DNA from: Azolla caroliniana
Taxonomy: Eukaryota; Plantae; Polypodiophyta
DNA: 64,000 nt
Assembly (NCBI GenBank): GCA_043228905.1
Contig: JBHGNT010000007.1
Span: 12,400,001 to 12,464,000, forward strand
Direction: 5' to 3'
Below the pieces are notes generated by a model that saw only the letters and a list, made by a program, of their open reading frames with translations, was not told the origin of the DNA and did no database searches. Of this stretch, positions 36,101 through 49,079 are shown piece after piece (the first letter of the stretch is position 1; the number at the start of each line of letters is the position of its first letter). The translations under genes and the position numbers were made by a program.

Positions 36101-36491
36101 AGCTCCACTAGGGTTTTTATAGCTCTCTTCATAAACAAAACCATGGGTTTAGAATCACGGTTTTGGGGACATGGTTTTTCTTATGACATGCACAATCCAT
36201 GGGTTTAGAACCATGGTTTTGTGCACATGGTTTTCTATGGTTGTTTCGTCTATAATTCGTATATGAAAAGGAAATATATAAAATCTACACTATGTGATAG
36301 CTGTCCTAGCGGTAAGGCAAACATCTTGTATGTTAGAGGTGCAAGGTTCAACCCTTACTTGCACCCCTCTGTATGAACTCAAGTGCCACTAGGCCTTAGG
36401 CTTATTTGCTAAGTGCATGTGCAATGTTGCACATCCTTGGTTTATTTGTCTCACTCGGTTTCACACCGTAGCCGAAAATCGTCACGACATT

Positions 36492-39400
36492 TGTAAAGAA
36501 TCAAGAGATTGATTCTTGTGAAGCGGAAATGATATGAGTTATGTGTGTGTATATGAGAGAGAGAGAGAGAGAGAGTGAGAAAGACAAGGAATACGCAAGG
36601 TAAAGGTATATAGACAAAGGAGAAAAGACTCGACATTATACAAGGTGGGAGGAGGGTGCTTTATGTAGTCACCCTCTCTCTTCATTAACTACAAGGCTCA
36701 TGGAGCATGGGGAATGTGAAAGCTCATAAGTTATGTGTTATAGAATATGATTCTATGACTCATACTAAATTCTAGAATACAAAGTGGTGACATAATTGTG
36801 ACTCTTGACCGTTGAGGTGTCTCTTCACTCTCAAGGTGAGTTCACACACTAGACCAAGTTGAGCTTGATTCTCAACACACCCCCTCAAGCTCAAGTCGGG
36901 TCGGTTTCAGACGGTATCCGAAATCCGCTTCAATTCACGTTCGGGAGTCCGCGTCGACTCGTGTCGACTCGCTTTATGCGGAGTTGCGGAATCCGTGCTC
37001 GAGCTTGCGTTGTGCGTAGTTACGAAGTCTATGCTTCGGCTTGCGTCTTTCTTCACGGATTTGCGCGGTAGATCGGCTCTTTGCTGCTACGGTGTGTGGT
37101 TGCAGAATCTACGCGTTATTGCGTAGTGTCTTCAGTACTCCCCCTCAAGCTTGGCAGATCAGGGATCGTCAATCCGATATCGGTCATGAATTGCCATAGC
37201 TTGTCGGCTCCTAAGGCTTTAGTGAAGATGTCGGCCGTTTGAAGATTGGTGCTTATGTGTTGTAGGTCGACATCGCTAGCCAGAACGCGCTCTCGGATGA
37301 AGTGATAGTGTACTTCGATGTGCTTTGTCCTTGCGTGGAACACCAGGTTCCGAGCCAGATAGATACTGCTCATGTTGTCGCAGTAAAGGGAAGTCAGATC
37401 CTTGATGGGTACGCCCAGATCCTTCAAAATCTTCTTGAGCCATACAGCTTCACACAGCTACGGTTGCGCCCTTGTATTCCGCCTCCGTACTTGAAAGAGC
37501 GACGGTGGGCTGCTTCTTGCTACTCCAGGATATTGCTCCGCTGCCAAGGGAAAAAACAAATCTGGAGGTTGATCTTCTATCGACTTTGTAGCCGGCCCAA
37601 TCGGCGTCTGTGTACCCCTCGAGTCGTAGTGGCATCGCGGTCTTGTAGAGGATGCCGCAATCCATTGTGTCGCTCACGTACCGTAGAACTCGCTTAACGC
37701 AATCCAAGTGAGTATCACACGGTGTTTGCATGAATTGGCTAAGGAGATCGACTGGATAACTGAGATCGGGTCGAGTGATCGTGAGGTAGATGAGACTCCC
37801 GATGAGTTGCTGATACTGAGTTGGCTCACACGCTTTGGTGCCGGAGTTCGCATCCAGTTTGAGATTACGATCGAGCGGGATTGCCACGGATTTGCACTCA
37901 GCCATCCCGAACTTGTATAACAAGTTGAGGATGTAGTGCCGTTGAGAGATCATGATTCCGGCTGGAGTCCGAATTACCTCAATGCCGAGGAAGTAGTGGA
38001 GCTCCTTCATGTCCGTCATCTCGAACTTTTCGGAAAGGAGGGATTTGACCTTATTGATTTCGACGAGATGCTCACCTCCAATGACTAGGTCATCCACATA
38101 TAAAATGATGACGATCGGACTTGGGGAATCGCTTCGTATGTAGAGGGAGTTGTCCGATTTTGACATACGGAAGCTGATTTGATGAATATATTGCGTTATC
38201 TTCGAATGCCAAGCACGCGGTGCTTGCTTGAGGCCGTAGAGTGGCTTCTTGAGTCGGCATACAACTTTCGGATGGGTGCTCGAGTTGAAACCGGGTGGTT
38301 GTATCATGTACACCTCCTCTTCTAATTCACCTTGTAGAAAGGTGTTCTTGACGTCCATTTGATGGAGGTGCCACCCTTTTGCCGCGGCAAGCGCAATTAT
38401 GGTCCGCACCGTTGTCATCTTTGCCACCGGGGCAAAGGTCTCTTCGTAGTCGACGCCATGCGTCTGAGCGTATCCTTTCACTACGAGTCGAGCTTTGTAG
38501 CGGTTTACAGAGCCATCAACGTTATACTTCACCTTGTAGATCCATCTGCATCCGATCGCCTTTTTGTGTGGTGAGGTGGGAACGAGATCCCACGTCTTGT
38601 TCTTCCATAGTGCCTGCATCTCCTCGTTCATTGCTTCGATCCATCGCGGGTCCTTTGCGGCTTCCGAAAAGGTTTCTGGCTCCCGTACTGTCGCTACCTT
38701 CATCATAAAGGCGTAATGGTATGCCATGTAATCGTTGTAGCCGAATCGGCTTACGGGGTTCTTTTCACGAGTGGATCAGCGGAGCTTTTCATTTGCAGAG
38801 ATGAGGGCTTTCTTGGCTCCGATTGGTACCTCGAAATCGCCGAACTCACTGTCGAGTGAGTGAGTCGATTCATCGTCGTCGAAGCGATCGTCTTCATATT
38901 CCGCCATTTTCGCCTTGCCTTTGTCCATCTTCGGGCTAGGCTGTGATGTGCTTTGATCGCCAAAGGCTCTTGTGGTCCACTCAATCGGGTCGTGATCAGA
39001 CTTTCTTCGAACATGCACGTAAGGTAATCTTTATCCTCTATCTCTTGTTCGGTGGATTCCGGGTCGAGCGGGGTCGGAGTCGAAGTTGTCTCTGGTGCGT
39101 ACCAGGATGCGGACTCGTCAAAGACGACGTCTCGACTTACCCGAGATTTTCGAGTTGAGGGGTTGTAGCACTTGTACCCCTTTTGCTCCAGTGAGTATCC
39201 TACGAGGATACATTTCTCTGACTTCGGGTCGAGCTTTTGACGCTTCTCGTTGGGGATGTGCACGTACGCAATGGAGCTAAATATCTGAACATGTGATAAG
39301 TTCGGCTTCTTTCCAAAGAAGCTTTCGTGCGGAGTGACCTCGTGCACGCCGGATGTTGTGCACCGGTTCATTAGGTAGACAACTGTATTTGCCGCTTCGG

Positions 39401-41981
39401 CCCAATATGACTTGGGCATATGCTTCTCGTTCATCATGGCTCGCGCTACTTCGAGGATGTGTCGATTTTTGCGCTCGGCTACTCCATTTTGTTGCGGAGT
39501 ATGTCGGCAAGTGAATTCTCGCCGAATTCCTTCCTTTCAGAGATATGCCGTGAAATGGTCTGAGAAGTACTCCTTGCCGCCATCCAATCGAAGGCATCGT
39601 ACATGTCGGCCTGTGGCTTTCTCGACTTCATTCTTGAACTTTTGGAAGTGTCCGAACACTTCGCTCTTTTGCCGCATCGGGTAGATCCAAGTGTGCCTCG
39701 AAAAGTCGTCGATGAATAGCACGTAATATCGGCATCCGCCGAATGTCGCCGTTTGGGCCGGACCCCATACATCGGAATGAATTACGTCGAGTACGCCTTT
39801 GCTCACATTCCGCTCCTTCGGGAATGGGTGTCGGTGTTGCTTGCCGAATTGGCACGCTTCGCATACTCCTTCAATCTCCTTCTCTTTGAATGTGGGGAGT
39901 CCGATGACGACTCCTTTCGACTTCATTGCTTTGAGTTTGTTGAGATTGATGTGGCCGATTCGTTTATGCCATAGCTCTATGTCAGAGTCGGCTTTTGTGC
40001 TTTTCGCGAACATGGCGGATTTCATCTCGTGCGAATCGAGAATGAACATCCAGCCCTATCTTCTTCCGCGTGCGATGATTCAGCCTTCTTTTTCGATGAA
40101 GCACCCTTCTTGGTCGGATCGTACTTGCATCCCTTGCTCAACCATTTGGCCAACCGAGACCAAATTCTTTGTGATGGTGGGTACATGCAAGACATTTTTA
40201 ATGTATGTTTTCTTACCTCTTTCGCCGAACGGGACATTGCCGATGTGCCGAATCGGGTGCGTAGTGTCATCTCCGGTTTCGACATAACCGGGTCGCTCCG
40301 GCTCTCGAAGTTCGAGAAACCATTCTTTATGGGATGTCATATGGTTTGAGGCTCCGGAGTCTACAAACCATACGTCCTCCGGATTGAGGGCACTAGTTGA
40401 GGTAGAGGCTGACATAGAGTTTGCTCTATGTTCCATCATGAACATTCCGCCACGGTCGGAGTTGCGTGTATACATTCCACCACGTTCTTCGTAGTCAGAG
40501 TTGTTCCCGTACATTCCGCTATACTCTTCGTAGTCGGAATTGTGTGCGTAATTCGTGAGTTGTTGGCTTGTGGAGGCCGATTCACGCATCTTCTTTTTGC
40601 ACTCTTCTTTATGGTGGTTGAGCTTTCCGCAATATCCGCATTCGGTTGCATTTTGATGGCTCGGGCCGGAGTGGAAGCTCCCCCTTCTTGCGAAGGTTCC
40701 TCGTTGGCCTCCGCTTTGCAGCCGAAATTGGGAGTTGTTGTTGTAGGTCGGACCTTGTCCGCCTTGTCCTTGGCCGAATCGGCCTCTCGCTCGTCCGCGT
40801 CCTCTTCCTCCATTAGAGTGCGTGTAGAGCATGTGGCCTTCCGACTCATTTCTCCTTGTACGCATGTGATTTTCTTCGACCAATAGCATTGATTGGAGCT
40901 CAAAGAAGGAGGGAGATTTCTCCCGTGCTAGAACGGCGGTTCGCATCGCGCCGAACCGTGGTACGAGGCCGCCGAGGCATATTTGCACCATCTCATCATC
41001 ATCTATACTTACGCTTATTGAGCCGAGCGACTCGCAAAGCTCTTTGATCTTCAAGGTGTATGTTGTGATGGACATATCCCTTTGTTGAATGTTGTTCAAC
41101 TCTTGGCGGAGTTGAAGCTTCCTCGCGGTCGTGTTGGCGGCGAAAATCTTTCGTAGGTTTTCCCACGCTTCCTTCGGCGTCTTGGCTTCTCGAATGTAAC
41201 CGAGCATGTGGTCGTGAACACATGTCGCCAAACAATACATCATGCGACTTGCGGCTTGCTCCCATGTTGCGTATCCGGGAGCCTCTTCGGTGGGTCGGTC
41301 TTCATGCGCTCCTTTGATGTAGCTCCAATAGCCTTGTCCGACAAGGTATTGGTGCATCTTGTACTCCCAAGATGCGAAGTTGTTTCAATCCAACTTCTCG
41401 GTAGGGAGAGCGCTCCCCATTTGAGTATTCATTATGTCGATACTTCTTCTTCTTCTTCTTCTTCTCTCTTTGAATGCGAGCTATGTAGCAAAGCTACGAT
41501 AGCGATGAGCCGGTTCTTGGTCATCGGCGTGGAGCACAACACACGATCACAATGAGGCGAATGGGCTAGATTGAACTACCAAATCACTCTGATACCATGT
41601 AAAGAATCAAGAGATTGATTCTTGTGAAGCGGAAATGATATGAGTTATGTGTGTGTATATGAGAGAGAGAGAGAGAGAGTGAGAGAGACAAGGAATACGC
41701 AAGGTAAAGGTATATAGACAAAGGAGAAAAGACTCGACATTATACAAGGTGGGAGGAGGGTGCTTTATGTAGTCACCCTCTCTCTTCATTAACTACAAGG
41801 CTCATGGAGCATGGGGAATGTGAAAGCTCATAAGTTATGTGTCATAGAATATGATTCTATGACTCATACTAAATGCTAGAATACAAAGTGGTGACATAAT
41901 GGTGACTCTTGACCGTTGAGGTGTCTCTTCACTCTCAAGGTGAGTTCACACACTAGACCAAGTTGAGCTTGATTCTCAACA
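36492..41981 (-). mobile_element. Element G: full-length young Ty1/copia of the B family inserted at the PPT/3' LTR junction of F
   Basis: TSD ACATT at 36487-36491 and 41982-41986. LTRs 36492-36877 and 41598-41981 differ at only a few sites; PBS 41587-41597; PPT at 36878. Confidence 0.97.
37116..41432 (-). pseudogene. gag-pol of G (few lesions)
   Basis: ORFs 40080-41357 (gag/PR), 39537-40049 and 38751-39437 (INT), 37450-38727 (RT/RH), 37116-37427 (RH end). Confidence 0.94.
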
Positions 41982-43455
41982 ACATTCACCCCCACCAAAC
42001 CCGCACATCCTCCGGTATGTGCTGAGAAAGGTGAAGAGGTGAGATATTTGGCAACGGTGATCAACCGAGTTCCTCCACACGCTCGTCAACTTCGTCTTCC
42101 ACTTCGAGTATGCCCAATCTTTCCAACCGAACCACCGTAGCCACCCGATCCACCATATCCACCGCCGCTCACACCTTCTTCCCCGGTCAGTTGTAGTAGA
42201 TCTACCAAACGATGTCGTCGATCCGACCACTCTTCCTTCGTCCACCGTGCGTGTTCTTCGATTGGACTCCTGGCCACTCCTCGTGCTCACCGTCTTCAAC
42301 TAGGTGTTGTGGATTGTTCGTGTCGATCTCCTATTAGGACGGGTTTGCCCTTGTCTGGATCGGTCTCTGCCGATCGCTTCTTGGCTCAGTTGGCCTTCGT
42401 CTACATTCACATTTCGCCGAGTCGGGCTCGACCGATTGATTCCGGCCGGGTCGGCTCCCTTTTGGATCGGGATCGTCGGATCGATTTCCGCCGAATCAGG
42501 TTTCGACTGGGTCGGCCCCAGTGGATTGGTTCCCAAGTGGATCTTCCTTCGTTCGGGCCAAAATCCCGACCGGATCGTCTTTTGGTTCGACTGGTTCTCG
42601 ACTCTTCCTTCCTTCCTGCATGCCGCCTCTCCATCGAACTCAACTGCGGCTTCATCCTTGGCCTCCTCGTCGGTCACATCCTTCCCTCCATGTATGCTCG
42701 TCTTGAGCCATATTGTCTCCTTTCCGCCACCTCCTTTATCTTCGGTCTTATGTCGACACACGGTCTCGACTACCGAAGTCTCTAGAACCGGTGTGAAGGA
42801 ATCCCTTCGTTCATGCACATTTATCTTGTCTTCCTCATCGCCCTTCCCGTCCTCAGTTTTTCCGTCGACACATTCCGTCTCTACGGTCTCACGTTGGGCC
42901 GAAGTCTCTAGAATAGGTGTGGGGATATCCTTTTGTCCTCGATCTTCTTCCTCCTTGTGTTGGGCCTTCGTCTTCCCATCACCACATTCCGTCTCTCTGG
43001 TCTCTCGTCAGCACACGGGCGCAACTGCCAAAGTCTTTGGAACAAGTGTGGAGAAAGTCTCGACATGGCTATCTGCCGTTGACTCGTCCATAGCCACCTC
43101 CGACTTGATGTCGTTTATCATGGCTTCCTCCCCAATCACGTCGGACTCAAACACTTTATCTCCCTCGATCATGCAAGCTTTTCTCATGCTTGCACCTTCA
43201 TCACCCGATGTTTCGTACACAATGCGTGTTCCGAAACATTTATCCTCCCTTGAAGTGGCGTTCGCCGTCCTCGAGTCATCAGCCTCCTCCTTGGCCGTCG
43301 TTTCTTTGTAAGACAAGAAGGTGACTTGTTTTGCACCTTCTCTCTCGGTACCATCATAATGAACCTGAGCCTTTGTATCGGCCACTTCATTAACCCGCAT
43401 TTGTTGGGAGGTCTCTTCTTCCTCGATCACCATTCGCCTCGGTTTTGTCTCCCTT

Positions 43456-44151
43456 TTAAGCTTCATTTCTTTTGTTGGTGGCGCGTTGCTGCATCTCGTC
43501 CCTCATGGGCCGTCTTGTTGTCGTCGATATTCTCGCTCGTCCCTTGTCGTGTAGTTGGCATACACTTTCCAGTTTGCTCCAATCCTTGATGAGGCCATTT
43601 GCACCGTCATCTTCTTCGAGTTTGAGGCCGATGGCCATCCTTTCCATTCGATCGATTGACTTCACGAATATAAGGACCTTATCGACCCCCACCAATCTTT
43701 GTTCCCGCTCCGAGAGTTGAGAAAAACGACGATCGAAGTCTATGAATGCTTGTGTCGCGCCTTTGTGGGTCTTCGCCGATGTCACCCATTGGTCGAAGTT
43801 GCGTTGATCTCGTCCCTTCAGTCTCTCATAGCCATATTCCTCCAATAGAGCCTTCTCGAAAGTTGCCCACGAATCATGAGCTTCTAGAATCTCTTTTACA
43901 TCTTTGAAGATCGGTTGAGACACCACCCGACAAAAGTACTCCATCCTCATAGCTTCGTCCACACCTCTTGAATCCATCTCTGCATTGTAGACTTTTAGAA
44001 AACTTTGGACTTCGGCGCCGTTGAAATAGCTCACTTGCTCGACTACCCTCTCGACGGCTTGTTGGGATCCATTTCGTCTTTTCCCTTCTCTCAGAAACTC
44101 CATCATCCTTTTTGACATTGCTTCCATGAGATATTCGCCATCCATCTTCAT
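43456..44151 (-). CDS. Gag-like capsid ORF of element F (231 aa), followed by frameshifted acidic/Thr-rich ORFs to ~42300
   Basis: Starts just after the PBS; FNGAEVQSFLKVY...W.TFEKALLEEY pattern typical of Ty3/gypsy gag capsid. Confidence 0.6.
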   Translation of the reverse strand: MKMDGEYLMEAMSKRMMEFLREGKRRNGSQQAVERVVEQVSYFNGAEVQSFLKVYNAEMDSRGVDEAMRMEYFCRVVSQPIFKDVKEILEAHDSWATFEKALLEEYGYERLKGRDQRNFDQWVTSAKTHKGATQAFIDFDRRFSQLSEREQRLVGVDKVLIFVKSIDRMERMAIGLKLEEDDGANGLIKDWSKLESVCQLHDKGRARISTTTRRPMRDEMQQRATNKRNEA

Positions 44152-44166
44152 CCTCCCCTGTTGCTC

Positions 44167-44184
44167 TTCACGTCGGGTTCACCA
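44167..44184 (-). promoter_or_regulatory. Primer-binding site complementary to the 3' end of cytosolic tRNA-Trp
   Basis: Plus strand reads TTCACGTCGGGTTCACCA, matching the recalled 3' 18 nt of plant tRNA-Trp(CCA); 5 nt from the 5' LTR. Confidence 0.8.
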
Positions 44185-47100
44185 AATTATGTCGCGAAGA
44201 TTCGCGTGTGCGTGTGCTACTTGAGCAACCACCGGGGTCTTGGACTAGGAGGACGTTCGCGGAATTATCGAAGAAATGACGATCAATGTAATATTGGATG
44301 AAATTTGTTCACTTGAGAAGAAGAAAGATTGTACACTTGAGAAGTAGAAAAATATGAAGAAGATAAAGATGAATATAATTATATTGATGATAATGGTGTT
44401 GGTGATATCACATATTGAGCCCCCCTTTACACAAGCTCCACTAGGGTTTTTATAACTCTCTTCATGCACAAACCCATGGGTTTAGAATCACGGTTTTGGG
44501 GACACGGTTTTGCTTATGACATGCACAATCCATGGGTTTAGAACCATGGTTTTGTGCACATGGTTTTCTATGGTTGTTTTGTCTATAATTTGTATATGAA
44601 AAGGAAATATATAAAATTTACACAATATGATAGTTGTCCTAGTGGTAAGGCAAACATCTTGTATCTTAGAGGTGCAAGGTTCAACCCTTGCTTGCACCTC
44701 TCTGTATGAACTCAAGTGCCACTAAGCCTTAGGCTTATTTGCTAAGTGCATGTGCAATGTTGCACATCCTTGGTTTATTCGTCTCACTTGGTTTCACACC
44801 GTAGCCAAAAATTGTCACGACAACGCCGACCATCAATACCACGCCAGCAACAAAGTCCTCATCTATTTCCCCATCTGTCATCGTGGCCTGAGTGAGTCGC
44901 TCATGCACCTATGGATCGGTCCCTTCGAAGTTCAAAAGAAGATATGCAACACTACATACTGCTCTGCCACGCCTCCAACAACAGCTCTACCTTCACCCAC
45001 CAGTCTCGCATGAAGCCCTTCCATCAGCTACCACTGCCCACGTCCACGCTCACGCCCACGCTCGTGCCATCCCTCCCCCCAGAACTGCAGTCCATGCCCC
45101 GCCACAATCCGACCGCACCTATGGTATTACCACGAATCCTAACCAAGGCCCCACCTATACAGGGTCACATTGACCACACCCAAAATAGGTCCCTACCAAG
45201 CCCCCATAATTAGAAGGGCTAATTGCTAAGAGTAGCCTATAAGATGCACTAAGAGTAGCCTATAAGATGTAACTTAGAATGTAATGGAAAGGGAGCTATT
45301 TTGAGAGCATTTCACAATATGTACCACAATTGCACTCCTATTTACTTACTACATATTCACCGTAACTTTGAGGAGGCACGAGATATTCTACTTACTACGT
45401 TTGTGTTATCATATGTTTACAAGTATGTATGCATGTCATGTATGTATGTACCTCTCTCTAGCTCTAGCTGGCAAACTTTGTAACGTGCTTCTTAACAATA
45501 TATTTGTATATATATATATATAGATAGGTTCACACGAGGCTATATATATTTGTATGTATGCATGTAATAGATTGATGCACACAAATTTACATCTTAAGAA
45601 ATACAAAATTTCCGTTTACTCTCTCGACCACCCTCAAGGTGCATCCATCATCATTGGAACCATCCATGGCCTTCAAAGAAGGGAGGTACATAACTATCGA
45701 TTAGGGAAAACGGTTGTACAAACATGTAGGTTTGGGAATAATATGTAAATGGAGAAATATAACTCAATTGAGTAGCTAACCTCTTTCTTTCGTGGAGTAA
45801 ACGTACAAACTAACAATTCTTTTCTGCAAAGGAGAAATAGATAGATCTACGATGTTGGGGACACGATAAATAGTGAAATTGCCCATCATATACATAGCCT
45901 CAAGCCATTTCTACACTTAGTTCAAAATGAAAAAAGTTGGTACTAATTGTAAGCCTTGTTACACTCAAAATTCAGTAAGGCATATTAGAGTTAATCATAA
46001 TATCAATATATACATACTAAGTTCCACAATTGATTAGACAATGAAATAACTGTAACCCCACCCCTATTGTAATCAATTTCACCTAAAGGAAAATTAGAGT
46101 TGATCATATTATTAATACACATACTAAGTCACACAATTTACCCAAGATTAGACAATGAGATTTTGTGTATGCTATGATAAGTATCATATTAATTACAAAT
46201 AGTTATCAAGGCTGAAACTAAAAAACAATATTAAATTATGAAATGAAAAGAAGAACATTTACCATATATAAGAATTGTAGGAGCAGATTTGAACGTATTG
46301 GCCAACGATGAGAGTTGAACTAGAATGGTTTGATGATATTTAACCTCCCTAATTAAGTATAGCCACTAGTTTTATGCCTGCTCGCTATTAAACTATGATG
46401 TGTGCCCATCACTTTGTTACCATGAATATTTGCCACTTGCCTATCAAACAAAATTCCATAGTAATTATCATGCAAAATGTTATGGTGATTACCATGAGTA
46501 CAATGGTCAAATTATTAACTAAGGTAATTTTATATTAATTATAACAATTGGCTAAATTGCATGGCATGCGCCAAGTGACATGTGCCATTTTTATGATTAT
46601 GACATCATTTTCGTCTAATGATGTCATAATCATTAGAGAGAACACCCTTCCTCTTCACACCCTTGCTAAGTTGTTGTATCTTTGGGTCTGGATTCACCTT
46701 GATTTGCTCCTGCACAGTCGGATCGGCAAGCATTTTGTTTGTGGGTCTTGCCCTTGAGTTGCAACATTTGCCTTACACCAAAGACTCTCTAGCTTCCTGC
46801 TTGTTAATACCTCTCTTGTCAAGATGAGCCCAACACTATCAGTTGCTACATCCACCTGCAAAATTAGACCAAATGTGCCGCATGCTTCATCCACTTGATT
46901 AACTAAACTAGTTGTGTCGGTTTCTATATCTACTCTCAAAATGGGCCCCTCAAAACATGTAGCAAAATCAAAAGTTTCCATACTAATGTCAGCCATTATC
47001 ACAAGTGATTCATACCCTTTAGTCTTTGCAATTCAACAAAAACGAGCATAATCACACTCACAAAGCAACAAAAATCTTACAAAACAACTACAATATAATA

Positions 47101-47286
47101 AAACAACATTCCTTGACCAACACAATATATTTCCTAAATATTTTTCATAAATATCCATTACATGAAAGGGATTAAGTATAAACCAAGAATGGTTTTACAT
47201 GTACAAACAAAACTTATACATTAATCTCCGAAAGAAAAATCAGCTACATATCTAATCCATTAAAATGACAATCTAGCCCCTTGACC

Positions 47287-47404
47287 GAGTAATTGGGCTT
47301 TCCCCATGTAAAAAGATTCGTGTGCGGAAGCGTGTGCGATAGACACCGACCGAGTACACAGTTGATTGTTCGGAACTCAACAGTTAGGTAAACATAGAGA
47401 ATAG

Positions 47405-47409
<5 letters not shown>
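47287..47409 (+). repeat. Left copy of the ~123-bp duplication flanking the LINE
   Basis: GAGTAATTGGGC...AATAGATACA repeated at 53067-53190 (about 5 substitutions and 1 indel). Confidence 0.92.
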
Positions 47410-47484
<75 letters not shown>

Positions 47485-47690
47485 GCAAAGTTCGGAGATG
47501 TTGGAGAAGGACAAACACTAATTTTGATGTATCTTCTTGCTACAATGTCTGTTTCCTTTGTTCTTTAGCTCGTTTCGAAGCCTGCTCATAGAGCTTTCTA
47601 AAGAGTATCTGCACGTATCATTTTGTGGTCTTGGTAGAACGTTACGAGTAAAAAATCCATTCGATTGCATGCATCTCATGATCGCTTGCT

Positions 47691-49079
47691 TTGATTCCTT
47701 CTGCAACACAATTACTTGTAAGTGAGCTCTCTCCTATTTCTTGTCATATGGATGGTAGTGTTTTCATGAATATGGATGAGTCTCTAAATTCTTCAAAGGA
47801 TGCATGCATTGTTGAGTCAGTATCAAGACCAAGAGGGGATGGTAAAAGAAAACGATGTATTGGAGATAATAACAATGACATGTCTTATGCTAATGCAAGG
47901 CGACAAGATGATATTGAGAAAGACGATAGTCATTGGGAACATTTAAGATGCATGGAAAATATATTAATGGAAGATTGTATAAGGGAGAGTGTGAAAGTTG
48001 CTGAGGAGTTTGTTGATGATGAAGTGGTTAAGGTAGAAATAGACAATAAGGAGTTTTTGGACTCATTTGCTAATTTTTGTGATAAAGGGGTCATATTGTT
48101 TTTCACGAGAAAGATACAGTTACGTGGGATTTTACAAGCTGATTGTGTTCAGGATGTTTATGTCGGTCCTCGTGGATTTTATGAGGTTGTTTTGGTATCA
48201 CAAGAGTATAAAGAGAAATTACTTAATAAATTGCCAGTGTTTTATGAGAAAAGTTTGGTTCATATTGTTCCGTGGAGACCACTAGTGGAATACCAAAATA
48301 TATTAGAGCAAGAGTGTTCCGTATGGGTTGAGGTAGAGTGCACATATTCAGTAGTTTGGCCAATATTACGGTCAGCGATGGAAAAGTTGGGAAAGATCTT
48401 GGTGCCTCCTAGTGCTAATGCTCAAAATCAATATCAGATGTGTATTCTTTGGAATACTGCTATAAAGAGGCCAAGTTGTTTACAGATTGCATGCTCTGGT
48501 ATGTTGCCTATGTATTTTTGGCTTAAATGGGGTACATTTGCAGGACATTGTTTCCATTGTGGTGTGTTGGGGCATTTTATGGCTGAGTGTCCTCAAAAAA
48601 GAAATAATTTAGTGGAAGTGGTACATGAAGAGCCTACAACTCATTATCAAATTCAAGTTTTGACAATTTCAAAGCAAACAAAGGAACCACAAATTGTGAA
48701 TGAGAAGGATGGAAAGACTCTAGAGGATGAAGGACAATGGTCAATAGTTTCCGGAAAGATGAAGAAGTCTAATAAAAATGTTGGGCATAATGTATCTATG
48801 GAGAAGGTCACACCGACACATCCCATGCGGAATAAACCATGGGCTCGTCAAGAGGACTATCCAAAGAAATTATCTTTTGATAATAAAGGTAATTTGTATG
48901 TTCCTTGGAATAAACGGAAATCGGTGCCTCGTTCACATGAGGAGCCATCGGGGTCTGGAGTTTTGCATTCCCATAGTAATTCATATGCAATCTTAGGGGA
49001 TTTATTTTCGGATATGGCAGAAACATTAGCAGTGAAGGAGAAGGAGATTTCTCGAATAGAAGGAAAAAATAAAGTATGA
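47691..49079 (+). CDS. LINE ORF1 (DUF4283-like region plus CCHC zinc knuckle), open frame; true start uncertain
   Basis: 462-aa ORF with GFYEV..F, PW..., VWVEV, LGKIL and CFHCGVLGHFMAECP. Confidence 0.8.
   Translation: MIPSATQLLVSELSPISCHMDGSVFMNMDESLNSSKDACIVESVSRPRGDGKRKRCIGDNNNDMSYANARRQDDIEKDDSHWEHLRCMENILMEDCIRESVKVAEEFVDDEVVKVEIDNKEFLDSFANFCDKGVILFFTRKIQLRGILQADCVQDVYVGPRGFYEVVLVSQEYKEKLLNKLPVFYEKSLVHIVPWRPLVEYQNILEQECSVWVEVECTYSVVWPILRSAMEKLGKILVPPSANAQNQYQMCILWNTAIKRPSCLQIACSGMLPMYFWLKWGTFAGHCFHCGVLGHFMAECPQKRNNLVEVVHEEPTTHYQIQVLTISKQTKEPQIVNEKDGKTLEDEGQWSIVSGKMKKSNKNVGHNVSMEKVTPTHPMRNKPWARQEDYPKKLSFDNKGNLYVPWNKRKSVPRSHEEPSGSGVLHSHSNSYAILGDLFSDMAETLAVKEKEISRIEGKNKV

Larger units (their letters stand above)
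35856..44822 (-). mobile_element. Element F: non-autonomous gag-only LTR element (TR-GAG-like) with tRNA-Trp PBS
   Basis: LTRs 35856-36489 and 44190-44822 (TGTCGCG...CACGACA); PPT-like TGGGGGTG at ~41987-41994; internal 2.2 kb lacks PR/RT/RH/INT motifs; no clean TSD. Confidence 0.88.
33182..45498 (+). mobile_element. Element E: degenerate Ty3/gypsy pol (PR end, RT, RH, INT, Pro-rich tail, no visible chromodomain), interrupted by F; possible 3' LTR ~45224-45498
   Basis: YRFCVDFRQLN, SLDRASGYW, VFLDDIL, LQTDACNVGLGAVL, NYSTTKKELLAI, GHLGFHK, WDILGP. INT resumes at 44823 (LWIGPFEV). LTR limits are tentative. Confidence 0.85.

Noticed and set aside
42304-43311. 335-aa Ser-rich plus-strand ORF inside F as an antisense or env-like gene
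   Set aside because: It is the mirror of Glu/Lys/Thr-rich minus-strand frames, begins at a non-ATG codon and shows no recognisable domain.
44167-44184. tRNA-Trp gene
   Set aside because: Only the 3' 18 nt including CCA are present, next to an LTR, so it is a PBS.
46694-47002. 102-aa minus-strand ORF as a host exon
   Set aside because: Non-ATG start, no recognisable motif and no supportable neighbouring exons; left unassigned.
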